DNA of 64,000 nt, taken from positions 1-64,000 of the forward strand of contig KZ538330.1 in assembly GCA_000934665.2 (NCBI GenBank), in the 5' to 3' direction. Positions 1 through 14,300 of this stretch are shown piece by piece (within the stretch, counting starts at the first letter, position 1; each line of letters starts with the position of its first letter). A model generated the notes under the pieces. That model saw only the letters and a program-made list of their open reading frames with translations. It ran no database searches and was not told the origin of the DNA. The position numbers were made by a program, and so were the translations under genes. The DNA comes from Catajapyx aquilonaris (Eukaryota).

Positions 1-2324
1 CCTCATCTACTGCAAGGTTACATTGGTAGGTGAATCACAACAGTTTTATGGATTTTAGATTAGGGACTTTCTTGTAATGCTATTTTCTACATACATATAA
101 TATAATACTCCTTGTATATACTTTATTTAAAATTGCAAAGCAAACGGCAGTGAAAACGGCACGTGCAAAGTAATCATTCTCTCTCGCCTTGATTTGCGCA
201 GGCTTAATTTTGGTGATGACCCTGAAAGCTGTGGTGCGGATACGTCAGAAGTACATTAGACTTGTAACAGGAACACCAGAACCAACTCCAGGAATTATCT
301 ACCCAGGCATTACCAGATCTGATGCTGACCTAGGTCTTGTCCCATTCATCAAGTTCTGCTTCAATTATGGGTTTTACAAGTTTGGAGTTGAGGTCAGGAT
401 GCATTTTTTGAATTTATAAGTGGCATACAATAGTAATAATAATTTGTTTTTCTGGAACAGGTGTGTCTTCTAACGACTGTGGGGCTGATTGGGGCTCGGC
501 TAGACGTTTTCTCTGTGCTGTATGCATTTTGGTTGGCAGCCATGTTTTTACTGAAGCGTCATACCCTTGCAAAAATTTGGATATTTTATCTAGTTTTTAT
601 CTTGATAATATTACCAATCCAGTACCTCATTTGTGTGGGGATCCCACCTGGATTTTGTGCCAGTAAGTGTGGACGCAGTTGCATGCTACTTCTATACGAC
701 AGTTTTTTGGCATTTCTTCTTCTTTTCAGTGTATCCTTGGGATATTGACCCAGAATTGAGCTACTGGCTTTTCCTGCCAGATTTCTTCACAGCTTTGGAA
801 TCCTACAAATTAGTCAGTAAGTATTCCGTTAGATTTCTCATTTTATTGCCCACATTCTTCACCTTGCCTAGCACCTGTGTGAGAAGTTCAGGTGTTAGTT
901 CTCTTGCCACCTCTATCCTATCAGTAATAGAATTGCTCTGTATTGGAATTGATGAGCTGAATATTAAAAGGACAGTGTTGATTTTTAGATGACACTGTGT
1001 GTACCATAATTGAAGTTCACATTTGCATTGTTGGAAATTAGATGATCTTGATGACTCCCTGACTGCAAGAGAGGGGAAATACATCCCTGGGAATTTGTAT
1101 TTCGATCTTTTGCCCCATTAGGACTTGGTGGATACACTTGAGCATAGGAGTACCCCCTTGAATTGAGATAGTCTGCAAAATTTTCACAAATGCAAATATG
1201 AGCTTAATTGTGATTTAATATGTTGAGGGTGTTATTATGTTCATCTTCATAAAAAGTCAGAGCTATGGTCACATCATGTGACCATAGTTTTTCAGTTTTT
1301 GTCAATCCACAAACAGGTCACAAAATAGAGCTCTTGATGGGGAGAGTGAATTTATGCTCATGTTCTATGCAGGTTTATGGCGATTGGAAACCGAATTAAG
1401 AGCCCCTCTTCTGGCCAGTATGTACTGCACACCTAAGCCCTTGTATATAATGATTCCTCCCTGTCCATCCATAAGAGACCTTTTTATTCATTGTCACTTG
1501 TAAAATACCTGGGACTCCCTCAAACATGCAATATTTCCAATCCCTTGTGTGGAATGTATGGTGTTGTGTGTGACTGGATGGACATGAAGACATACCCGGA
1601 TACCCCACAGATTTGTCAACCTGCAACATCTATTTGCATGCACCCCTCAGTATGCTTGTATTTCTGAACTGCAGTATTTGCATTACCTTCCTTTCACTGT
1701 TGACGCTAGCAAGATGTTGTTAGTGTATAGTGCCCGAGATATCTTGCCAGACATTTCATGTATCATAGCCTGACACAGCAATCTTGTAACCCTCACAATT
1801 TTTAAGCAAACATTTTGAGAAAACGTGATGCAAGATGTTTGCAGGAATAGTTATCACTGATACATAGGGGAAAATAGACAGAACTGGGATGCAAAAGGAA
1901 TAGGACAGTAAACTTTGTTAATGTAGTTGATATTCTGCTAGTGACAGAAGAGACATTGAATATTTTTAGGCATGCATTGATGCTTGATGACTATAAAACA
2001 TATTGCATATACTTGTATTTGTATTCTGATGAAATCTGTCACTTTGCTTGCCATTTGGCATCATGCATTTTGTATCAAACCAGGTCAGTTGTACTCCCTT
2101 AAGATAATATTGCCTAACAGGGAACTTGTGATTCTTAGCTTGTTTCCAGTGTCAGCTTGTGATTCGTGGTTCATCAAAGAACATACTGTAGCTTCTTACA
2201 ATGTTGTCATGGATAAAGAAAACCACAAATTTCTCTAATTGTATGCTATGGTTGTCATATTTTTGGAATTGTGCCATGACATTTTTTCCACCATCTAAAA
2301 TCCCAAGTTCCTTTGTGCATACAA

Positions 2325-2384
<60 letters not shown>

Positions 2385-5300
2385 TTGTACCCTGTGATAG
2401 AGCCATGGGCTCTCTTAGGGGAGTGGGATACCACCATATTTTTTAAAATCTGGAACTCTTGCTTTCGTTTTCACTTCTCGTATATGGGGACGGAAGGAAG
2501 CGGCTGTGGCCTATAATTATGGACACGACCCCAGAATTTTCCTGGTGAGACCATAGGAAACCACAGAAAACCACGGTCAGGGTCGGCGGCCAATCATACA
2601 AATTATTACAATTTATTGAGTAGAGAAAATGTTTTTGTTTTTGGAGTCACATGAAATTACAGTTGAGTGGGGGTTACGAGGGATATACATTAGGTGTCAG
2701 GAGGCTTGAAGCACATAATGTCATATTATTTGAGAGTAAAGAACTTCATTTTGTACATGACAATAATGAAAATTGGCCAACACCACCTTACACTGCATGA
2801 AATCATCCCAATGGATTCAGCATGCAGGGTGTGAAAATTTAATGACATGAAGACAGTACATTGGGACATCACTTCTCTGGACCAGTTATTTGGATATTAA
2901 AATTACAACAAAGTAATGCGTGACATCTGCTTTCAGCTGACTTCATTCTCCTGATGTTTGTCTGCTTGCAATATCAAGTATTTGCTATAGAAAGGAGAGC
3001 CAATGCTGAATATTACCCAGGAGGAATAAACGAAGAAGTTATGATTGAGACCATTGATCGCAGTGAGAATCCTGTCCCTGATTTCATCACTTACACTAAG
3101 TAAGTTTTGTTGATGTGTTAGGTGTATGAGACTGGACATAATTATTTTGTTATTGTTTTAGGAACTGGTTGGATGTGTTCAAGAAAATCACAATCATTCC
3201 ATTGTTTTGGATTACAGTCACTGTCATGTTTCTTGCCGGAACTAATCGAGTTAACCTGTTTTCTATTGGCTACATGGTAGGCTCATTTGTGTTCCTATGG
3301 AAGGGAAGTGACTATTACCTTATGCCCCGAAGAAAAATCTTGAAATGGTAAGCAAAGTAATGTACAAAACACCTGATTGCAACTCATACTTCAATAATTT
3401 AATTACAGGTGGAACTTGCTGCTGATTTACAACGTGTGTGTGATATTTATTAAGACACTACTGCAATTGGTGGGCTGTGTATATCTTAGGCACATCCAGA
3501 AGGACTTTTGTTGGGTGGCCCAACTATTTGGTATTGCTTGCCTCAAGAAATTTAGCGCATACAGGTCATGGGAAATAGCTAAAGGTGGGATCATATTTTG
3601 TGAAATCTCAGCACTGTGAGCTTGATGACACTGAAACTCACAACAATTCATGTTACATTTTAGAACATGAAGATTGTGTTGTGCCTTACACTGAGGCAGG
3701 TCTCATGTGGGACGGGATATGCTTTGGATTCCTTCTGCTGCAGAGGAGATTATTCTACAGTTACTACTTTTTCCATTTAATGGAAGATAGCAAGGCACAA
3801 ATGCTGCTGGCTTCCAGGTAAATATTTCGTATTTTAGTGTGACACATTTCTCATGAAGATGACTTTAAAATGACTAACCAAATGCCATGATATTGACAAT
3901 GGCAGGTCACTCATTGATTGATATGCCCTTCCCTACGGGAAATGCGAGATGAGGTGACATGTAACATGGAAGTGTCTTTTAAAAACTAAGTAAGAACATG
4001 CAAATGAGAAGTTTTTAGACAGCCCATTGCCATTGTAGAATGATGGTATTAAAAAGTTTTTAGCCTATTGCATACATTTCTGTAACAGCTTGTTACGGAA
4101 TATATTAATCCCGGGGCCGGCGACCCTGACCGTGGTTTTCTGTGGTTTCCCACGGTCCCCCCAGGACAATTTCGGGGTCGTTTCCATAAAAATAGGCCAC
4201 AGCCGCTTCCTTCCGTCCCTATCCTTGGCCCCACCCATGTGTGAAGCAAGAGTCGGCAAAATTGAAGAAAACTAACGTTGGTATGCCACCTCCCCCTAAA
4301 AGGGCTCCACCCTATCACGGGGTAAAGTAAATTTTTAAAAAATAAATAAAATATTACGGAATATATTGGAGTGAGGCAGTTACACAAAAAACTGCTATTG
4401 AAGCTCAATTCAATGTACTAGGTAGTAACGGCATGTCAGTTCCAATTATTCTCGTAGCATGACAGCAGTTTCTGATTTAATTATACCTGAAGTGCAAACA
4501 TTAGTATGCAATTATGATTACAGGTTATCATTTTTCATGAGTAATCACTTGTGATTCTGCAACAAAGTGCGCACCAGATTATGCCAACCCCTCAGTTACA
4601 CTTCTTTGATTGAGCTCTTTTCAATTTGAGTGTGAACCAAACTTTGATGCCAGTTATTGTATCACTCCAAAACACTACGTTATTGTGATGGCGTACTTGT
4701 TAAAGGATAGGATTTGAAGACAGGCTGAGACCTACTTTTAAGAAACTGCTTGGTATTGTATGTTTCCTTGCTCACAGGGGAGCAGAATTGATTGAACAGG
4801 TGTTACGGAAGCAAATAAAGGAGCAACAGGAAGATGAGCGCAAAGTTTTAGAGAAGATTAAGCAAAAAATGGAGAAGATTAAGGCTACACACCAGAAGAG
4901 TCAAGTTAGCACCAGACAACCCCAGAGTCATTATGAAGGTCAGTTGTTGCATTCTCACATTAACGCACTTGAAAGTATTATGCAACCTGGGAATCACATT
5001 TGTCACTGTTGTAGCAGTTGGATACTCACGAGGCTTAATGTGTGCATATTATTTCATTTCATTTATTATTATATGGAACATGAACTTAACCTTGCCTGAA
5101 TATTTATTTTCTCCAAAATTTATTGCATACCACTTTGGCTGGGAGAGGGCCTGTGTTGATTTTTGATTGTTGAGTAGGTTGATGGAATGCTAAGTACCAA
5201 CCTCCTCCTCTTGCAGGTGTCAGAGGTATTTTGATTATTCAGTGGCATCGAGTAGTGAGTTATGACTGTAAAATGAGTGTTGCTTGTGTTGCTAATACTA

Positions 5301-8300
5301 ATCATTACTTGCTGGGGATGCGGAGGAGGAAACTATTTGCTTTGGCACCATATAGACGCCATTGCCATTTGAACATTCTGATCTCTTGACTTGGCCATAC
5401 TACTCAAGCCTGCTGAGACTAACACTATGTGGGATGCTGGATGGTGTATATGCTTCCCTTTTCATTAAAAGGCTTATAACTCAGTACACTATTGTTGCAA
5501 AAATTAGCAAAACTACTGTTGCAGTAATAACTGCTCCACACACATGAACATACTTTCTGTGGCTGTGACGGAAGTAATTTACTTAGTAATTTGAAGTATA
5601 GAATTCAAGGCTTCAAACACAGTTGATTGATATAAATTAACAGGAATAATTTATTATTGGAGTCTTATGTATGTAGCTCTTATTAATTGATGTTTTAAAT
5701 TACTTGAATAATGATATAATTTCATTACTTTGTTCACTAATTGTACGACATACATATGGTTATGAAAATACCATCTACAATAGTAGGTACTGATCATTCT
5801 AGCAATTTTTGCGAAATGGAAAGCTGAAGCATGCCTGGTGTTTCCCCCTCTTTTTTTCTCTCTCCCCTTGGGGTGGGTACGTCTGCTTACAGGAGGTAGC
5901 CAGATGGACCCTCCGTCCTCTGGGGAACAAACCCCACAGGGCTTCCACACTCCCATCGAGGACTACTCAGATGCAGAAGGCATTGGGATGGATGGGGAAG
6001 GGATGGGTGGTGGCGGGGCTGGACTTGGGGTGGAAGGGGAGTCAGATCTGAGGGCTTCACTAGCCTCCCAGCATCACTCTCCTGCTCTGCTGTCATCTGG
6101 AAATGCCCCAACCCCATCCTCAGCAAACCTGACCTTATCCTTAGATGGTTACCTAGAGCAGCGCTTGTCCATAGTGGCATCACCTCAGGACACATCACTG
6201 GGTACAGGTGGGATGGGCAGTGGGAGGGAAGGCAGGCAAGGGTCACGCAGGCAGAGGAGAAGGCATCGTCAACGCACCCTGGAAAATTACTGCTCATCCT
6301 CTTCGTCGTCATCCTCTTCCTTTCCTGTCTTTTCCCCTCCCCCATATGAGACAGCCCAGGGGATGCGCAGACCCAGTCTTGGGCCTCCATGGCTCCCTCT
6401 CACCACTCCGAGGCAGTCCCTGTCTCTCTCTCCGGCTCCATCGCATCACACGTGTAAAGTAACCCTACACAAACTGCACTACTCACTAGCACTGTTCATT
6501 GCATAAATGTGTAAGAAGCAATGGAGGGGAGTCATAATCCTGGCTGATTCATTCATTCATTTCAATTGCGGCATATTCCCATCAAGATGGGGTTACTTGG
6601 CTGATAATTTTTTTAATTAACGAAATCGGACAAATAGAGCAAATGTAATGCTGTATTATGTGTGTCAGGCTTTGTTTATACATGTCATAGCAATATTTGT
6701 TAGAGTAAATCTACTCATTGACTTAATCTGAAAGATTTGCTGATTTTATTGCATTACCTGACTTGACTACAAAGTATTTTTGAACAAAGACTTTGCTTCT
6801 TGCTCTGAGCAGATCATAGTTATCACTCACTGCACAAGCTTGTTATCACTCACCATTTTTGCCACACATGCCATTGCCACCTCTTCATCACTGTCTCGAA
6901 ACAACTTTCCCGAGGTACCAGTAGAAATAGGGGTACAGAAAAAATTTGTCCCTTCCTTCACTGACTAATTATTATTAACATTTCAGGAGGTTCAAGATAC
7001 TTCCTCTGAACCCACTTTTTTTTATCCTTCCACCTGAGCTCTGTCAACAGATGTAGTTGAATAGTTAGTTAGATAGTGCATTTCTAATTGAGGAAAATAA
7101 TGGATTCTTCTTGTCAATAATGTCTATCCCATCTAAGTCTTCACTCTTTAACAAAGTTTGTGCTGATGGTGGCGGTTCATTCTTCCAGCTATTAGATCAG
7201 GCGACTATTACATGTTTGAGGAGTATGATGATGAGGAACTTGAACTTTTGGGAGATGTTGAAGAGGAAGACAATGAGGAGGAAAGAGAAAAGACAGGTGG
7301 AGTTACAGTCAGCGAGGTGAGCTTTTAGAGCACTGTGAATAAGTGAAGGTTTTGTGTTCATAGAATTTCCATGCATGCAAATCTGAGCTGAACTTGTTTC
7401 ACATAGTAAGACAGAATAACTTTAATACAGCAAAGTGCTTTACAATGTTATGATTAAAAAGTAGGTTGTTTTATATCGAAGCATGGTCATGTGTCTCATT
7501 ACTAATTTTGGTGCAACTTGCAGCTTTTGAGCTCAGCAATGAAGACGGACATGAAGCATGCCACAAAGGCTGCCAGAGAAAAGAGGAAGTCAGAAGGAGA
7601 GTCAGGTCATACAGATACAACAGATTCTTCAGCTGCACACATGGTACCTGCTCGTGCCCTTTCCAAGGATTCTGAGGTAAACGCATGGGTTTGAGCAGCT
7701 CTTGTTGGTCGAAGTGGTTTCCATCCTTAAACCCCTGAATATGAAGTGAATGCTCTACAGTGGTTTGTAAAGTATCACCACAAAAAAGTGGCACAAAATT
7801 GATTGGGTTCTGATCAACTTTCGCTAGGACAGGGTACTCAGCACATTGTAACTGACATACAACCACCTGTTTTGGGAACAGGCCTGAACTCATTGCTTGA
7901 CCAATGCTGATGCAGTACTCTCTAATGTAATGACACTTTCAGCCACCTGAGAAGCCACCATCAGGTGACCCACCAAAGCCAGGACCATCAGGAGAGGGAA
8001 CTTTGGCAGATGAACCACTTGAGGATGAAGAAGAGCCAGTACAAGGTCAGAATTGATGTATCAAATTGCAAGTGAAATTTTGTGCATTGAAAATCAAAAG
8101 TTTGTACACCTAATTTGGTCATGTGAGGCAATTATATGAAGCTAGTCCATTTGCTTTCTTAATGACCAACAGCAACTTGTTTTAATGTCTGCCAAGTGTC
8201 TCAAAAATGTGCATAAGTTTCACTTTGCATTCAGTTGATATCTTATGAAGTTATTAATGAGGCTTTTTTTTTCAGAGAGTGGACCTCGAAAGTTACTGAA

Positions 8301-11300
8301 CCTTCTTCGGTTTGCTTGGGAGCTCATTGAGAGCTGCCTTGTGAGTGCTACCATATGGCTGAACAAGTTCTCTCGTGACTATCGCTACGTGTCGAGCATA
8401 CTCGCAGATGAGAAGCAGCAGTTGAAGGAGACAGGGCGTGTGTCTCACTCACCAACCCCCATCTCCCCACCACCGCCACCTTCCATGAGTGGAGGGGGCG
8501 ACAGTTCTTCAGGTCTGCAGAAGAGCAGGTAAGGAGGCTTCATGGCCCCACTCTGAAGTTTCCCTTTTTCACAGGTGGTAGATAGAAAGATGTTCCTGCA
8601 CTCTGTTGTAGACATGCAAATTGTAGTTGTTCTTTCTAGAGTGCCAGTGTGGGGATGTTTGGTGATGTGTGTGCATTATTTGTGTTGGTAAGGTAACTGG
8701 GTTGTTGTGGTGTGTGGGCAGGCAGTAGTAAAGTGGGGATTTCTTACATGACTTTTTATGTGTCATCTGGGGGGGTGACTATAGGGTGGATTTGTCCAGT
8801 TGCTAATTAGATGCAAAGCATTAGCCCATTGTTACTAATTATTACAGAAACACTGAAAGGCTATACACTGTACTCATAATTATCTGGGTGCGGATTATCC
8901 ATGCATCACCAAAAAAAAAAGTCCAAAAATATGTGTCGAATTTTTGTCCCATTGCTAGATAGTGCTAACAGAGCAGTACCAGTGCCAACACTGGTACTGC
9001 TAAGTTAGCAGTGGGACGAAAATTCAGCCCATAGTCAGTGTTTCACCAACAAAGAAATATGACAGACTTTTTTTTAGAAAATAAGTAAAAATCTATAGTA
9101 AGTTGTATTATTTTGATTAAAGCAGCATATACTTGTACTGCACAGTACTGGAAGTACATTAAAAACCTATGAATAGCTCATTTTTACGGTGTCTAGGACC
9201 ATTTTCCCGATTACCGGCGACACCCATGCAGCCATTAGCCCGCATAATCGGGAGTACAGTGTATTTCTTTCCTTTGCCCTCCTGCATTGCATTAATCTAT
9301 TTGAGGTTAATTATTACTACAGTAGTACAGCCATAAATGCACTTTGGACAGAAATGTTCTCAGAGAATTTTCTCCAATAAAAAGGGCATGTCACCATGAT
9401 GATGGATTAAACTACTGCTGCACAAAAACACCATCTTACCATGAGACCAGATTATGTAATGAAATAGTTTAATTCCGTTTAATTAGACCCTATTGGTGAT
9501 CAATTTATGATTACAGAACACTATGTTACTGCATGTCATAAAAATTTCCATCTACTGCTTATGGAAATTTAAGAAATTTTCCTTTCAAGTACTACTAACT
9601 TACATATTTTAATATTTGTATCTGTCTGCAAAAATAAGTTGGAATGCAATTGAGGTGTTAAATTGCAAAACTTACTTCAAGTGATATTCAGGGATAGATT
9701 AACTACAATTGCTTCCACCTGCAAGCCTGATTTTAAAACACAAGATTGGGAATGTCTTTCTTAGTTAGGGTTTATTGTTTTAGATGTGTAACATTTCATA
9801 TGTAAATGTAAGGCTGCAGGTACCTTTCTTCATCAACTGAACTCACACCAAGAAGACTGATAAAATTTCACTTGCAAAGGTTTAGCTTGATTGCAAACTG
9901 TCCTTGCAGAATAACATGAGCAATGGCATATTTTTTTGTGGAGAAGTATTTTTGACATGGTAAAATTGTAGTGTGGAAGTTCAGGTACTATATCGCTCAA
10001 AAAGATGGATACGATTTTGCATTGGAACCAGATTGGAACCAAATGCACAATCATCTCCATTTTTGTGAGTGATATAGTACCTATAGCTGCATAGCAAAGG
10101 TACAGGGTGATTCTCCCAAATGGAAACCCAAACATTCCTCAATAACTTTTTCACTCTGGTATGGTTCCCGATGAAAATTGACATGTACTTACCTTGTATC
10201 ATGCCAAACAAGGTCTGACTATAGAATATACCTAAAGTGGTCCCCTCCAGCAACCAAGAATTTTTTAATGCGAGTTTGCATATTGCCGAAGACTCCTGCA
10301 GATGTGGACACTGACTTGGCGGGAGTGAAACACCTGCTTGGCGAGAGGGCATCTCAAGGCCACGGGAACAGTCAAATTCGTTTTGGGGTATGATGGGTTG
10401 TATTTTTTTCTCGTGGAGTTTGTTGAAGGGCTGTGTATACAAAAATAACCCTCGAACAATTGATGCTCTCAAAGATGCCTTGCGGCACGTGTCAGATGGG
10501 AGATTGATGCCATCCCCGCCGCCACATCTACAGGAGTCTTCGGCAATATGCAGACTTGGATTAAAAAATTCTTGGATGCTGGAGGGGACCACTTTTGGTA
10601 TATTCTTTAGTCAGACCTTGTTTGGTATGATACAAGGTAAATAAATTGTACATGTCAATTTTCTTCGGGAACCATACCATAGTGAAAAAGTTACTGAGGA
10701 ATGTTTGGGCTTCCATTCGGGAGAATCACCCTGTATTTTAGATGTGTGCATTTTCCTTAGAGATGCATTTTCATTTGTATAGCACTCAACCTCCCCACTC
10801 AGCAGAGTTGTATGTGGCTAGTAGCGAATGTAATGGCTGAGAACATTGTCATTAATTAACAACTTATGTAGTATGAGTAGTGAGTAGAGCTGGAGCATGT
10901 CCCCCCTCCCCCATTCAAGGCCTATGCCCAAAGAGCCAGTGGAGATCCGCATAGAGCAGGCGAGCGATGATGGGGGGGAGCTGGATGCATCCTCTGACAT
11001 TGCTATCCGCTCCCCAACACTCACCCCAGACCCGCAACAGGGTCTCAGGTATGGAAACAACTGATGGTGACAATTAGGTGCCTATAAGCTGTACCACTCA
11101 TTCTTGCTAGATGTTATGTTGCTACTTTCTGCTTTCCTTGTTTTGAAATCGCAACAGCTTGTGAGTGAGTGTTTCTTGGACTGCCAAGAGTGTGCTTGCT
11201 GAATGACTGCCACTGTGGAATCTTCCAGTAGGGCTGAGCCTGAATCTTTGGCCCCTTTGCTTGCATCATCCAGCTTAGAAGAAGGAGGGGGCAGATATAA

Positions 11301-14300
11301 AGATGTTTTTGAGTCCACCCACATAGATCATGGTCTTGACAACAGGTGGGCTCCCTGTCTCTCACTGAGCATTTTTCTACTTTTTTTCCTGCATTAGTGT
11401 TGCTTCACATGTCAATTCTTGAAGGGGTGATTTGGGAGGAAGACGCACTGCCTTTGATAGTAAATCATTTGTAATATGACATTTATTGCATTCCATTGAG
11501 TTTGAAATCACTCTTTTTTTAGTAGCGTGGCTAGTTGCAAGTCTTTTCTCAAAAGGAACCCCTTTTAAGCAAAGTGTAGCTTCATTTTAATTTTTTTCTC
11601 TCATATGCTCCTTCACCAGCCTGGATATTGTGTCATCCTCTGGAACCAAGAGCGCACAGGATTTCTCCAAGGACAAGCATGTACTGGTCCAGTTTGTTGC
11701 AGCCATGTGGTATGTGGTGGTGTCCCACTCCGACCTCGTCTGCTACTTTGTCATCTTCCTGGACCAGATCAAGTCTGCTAGCGTCTTGTCACTTCCTCTT
11801 CCCTTACTGGTGTTTTTGTGGGGAACTTTTTCAGTTCCCAGGCCCACCAAGAACTTCTGGGTCACAGTCATCACCTATACTGAAGTGAGTTTGCATCTGG
11901 GATGGAGTAGATTCGTAGGTTCTGAGGAAGTTTCACTTGCAAGGAGAAACTACTGTGGCTCAATTTTAAAAATTGTGGATGAATGTGGGAAAAGTACAGT
12001 GTGCAAAGAATGGAGAAGCACATTAATTAATCCATTAATTTCTACCACTGTACATTGATCATAATAAGTTAGAGGAGATATTTTAAGAGTTGGTTAATAT
12101 TAGGTTCCTCAGTGTCCTCCAATGATACCAGTACCATTGTAATAACTTGATGGTGAGGCATAAGAAACATTCAAGGAACTCGCGGATTATTATTTTATGA
12201 TGCTGTGTGACAGATTTATTGGCAGGTCTATATCACAGAGTAGTTGTGATCCTGGTATTAGTTTCAATTTGCTTCCTTTTCAGTTTATCATCCTGATGAA
12301 GTGGTTCTTCCAGTTCAACTTTTTTGCGTTCAACCTCCCTGGCATTGACCCATACGACACAGCTGCCATCATGGGAATATCCAAGAACAAGCGCTATGCA
12401 CTCTATGACCTTTGCGTCCTCATTGTGGTATTCTTCCATCGCTTTGTGCTCAAGTCCCTTGGTCTGTGGAAGAATAGCAGCCCTGTTGAGGAGGAGCTCC
12501 TCTCTGAGTCGCTGGTCACAACAGATGCCCCTGGGAGCAACCCTCCGTCCATTCTGTCTGGCCCCTCTGGACTCATGTCCACCTCCACCAATCAGGGCTC
12601 ATCTGCCTCACCAACAGGATGCGCCCCCTCTTACCACAAGCTACAGTCCAGCGTTAAGCAGCAGATTGGAAGGATGCCTGACATGAAAGATGTGTATGTA
12701 TAGGGTAGAATGCTTAGATTTCAAATTTATCTCTCTTGGGAATCTGTTAGCAGCTTATGACCCTGATAGAGTAGAAATGATGGCTGCATGAGGACCAAAT
12801 GAAGTGTCACATGTCAATGTTTGAGTATTTCAATTTTACATTTTGCAGTCAATGTTTGCCAGTTATACATTATACATGTGATAATTCAATTAGTTATTGG
12901 TTACTGATTGATTGATTACTTCTTTAAGGAATGCTACTGTTCATTTAGAAGGAAATGTGACCACTGATTTAGCTATGGTTTAAGAGAATCTTGCTAGCCA
13001 TTTGGGCACACTATGCTTGGAGTGTATTTTTGTAAATTCTTCAAAAATGCTTAATAGAAACTTACTAGTACAAAATAAGCACATGTGATTACACCAGTCA
13101 ACAAATTTTAACTTTTTTTTTGTTGTTACCGGGTCTATTCAATATTTTAACTATCTGTTGCCACATGGATAATCTCCACCAGGATAATATTGGGAGCACA
13201 GTGTGTTCAAAATTGACTTATTTGATCACCATAACATTTTGGTTGTTGACCAGTGTTATCAATAATCATGTCTTCTTATATACTGTTAGGAGAGTCGGTA
13301 GTTATCCCCCCTTTCATAGAGCACGATATGTAAACTTCTTAGACCCTGTCTGACATGCTGACCCTCACTCTTCCTTTGTGTATGCTCTAATCACCAGGAA
13401 GAAGGAAAAACAGACAGATGTTCGGTGAGCTTCTTTCCAGACTCATTTACAGCACTGCTTAACATATACCAGCACTGCTTGCTTTCGGGACAAAAGGAAA
13501 AAGCCAACAGTTCACTTACTTATTAGAGAGTGACTTTGTTATTGTCATTTCAGAGCAAAACGAAGTGCTTCGTCAGTGAAGATGTTTTTCAACCAACTGC
13601 TTTATCCGAGCTACCGGAAAACCACAGATGTCTATGCATACATGTTTATGTGTGACTTCTTCAACTTCTTTGTGATGATATTTGGGTTTTCTGCATTTGG
13701 GGTGAGATTTGTTACACATTACTGTGGATATTAATGATTTTATTGTAATGACAAGCAAGTCAAGAGCATCACAAAAGGGCATAAATATCTTCCATCATAC
13801 ATAGTGTTATGCCCATTTGTAAATCTGGCTGAAGTAGAGGATTTAAAATTGGTGTTCAGATATTTATTTGCTGCCTTTTTAAAGTAACTGTCTGAGTCCT
13901 GGATCCTTGGCGGTTTTTAATGAACTGCTATTCCAGGTGTATAAATTGACTCGTGTTCACTAGAAGTACAGGTTTTGAAATCATTATTCAGTTAGCAAGG
14001 TCACAGCTTAAGGAAATCATTTTATATGCTGTAAAACCTGGACATAACGCTCCGCATGTAACACTACCCCACTTTTAACTCCTTTTTTTCCGGTCCCTTG
14101 ATCAGCCCCATCAGACCCAATGGTAAATGTTCCTTCTTGTAGCAATTCCCGCTGATAACACTTTCCCATATATGTTGCTCGGTTTCCTGGTTCCCAGAGA
14201 AACTTTATTCCCCATATAACAAATCACCACTTATAATGCTACTTTTGGCAGTCCCTTGAAGAGCATTTTATCAAGGTTTTACTGTATATATATATATATA

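Noticed and set aside
731..738. GTATCCTT resembling a U12 donor in Piezo
   Set aside because: It lies at the start of coding exon 730-816 (M-Y-P-W), right after a normal acceptor; coincidental.
2255..2516. Poly-Asn / poly-Leu ORFs
   Set aside because: These are translations of the (AAT)n SINE tail.
13290..13297. Possible 8-nt microexon TTAG|GAGAGTCG|GTAG
   Set aside because: It is not frame-preserving with the phase-2 flanking exons.
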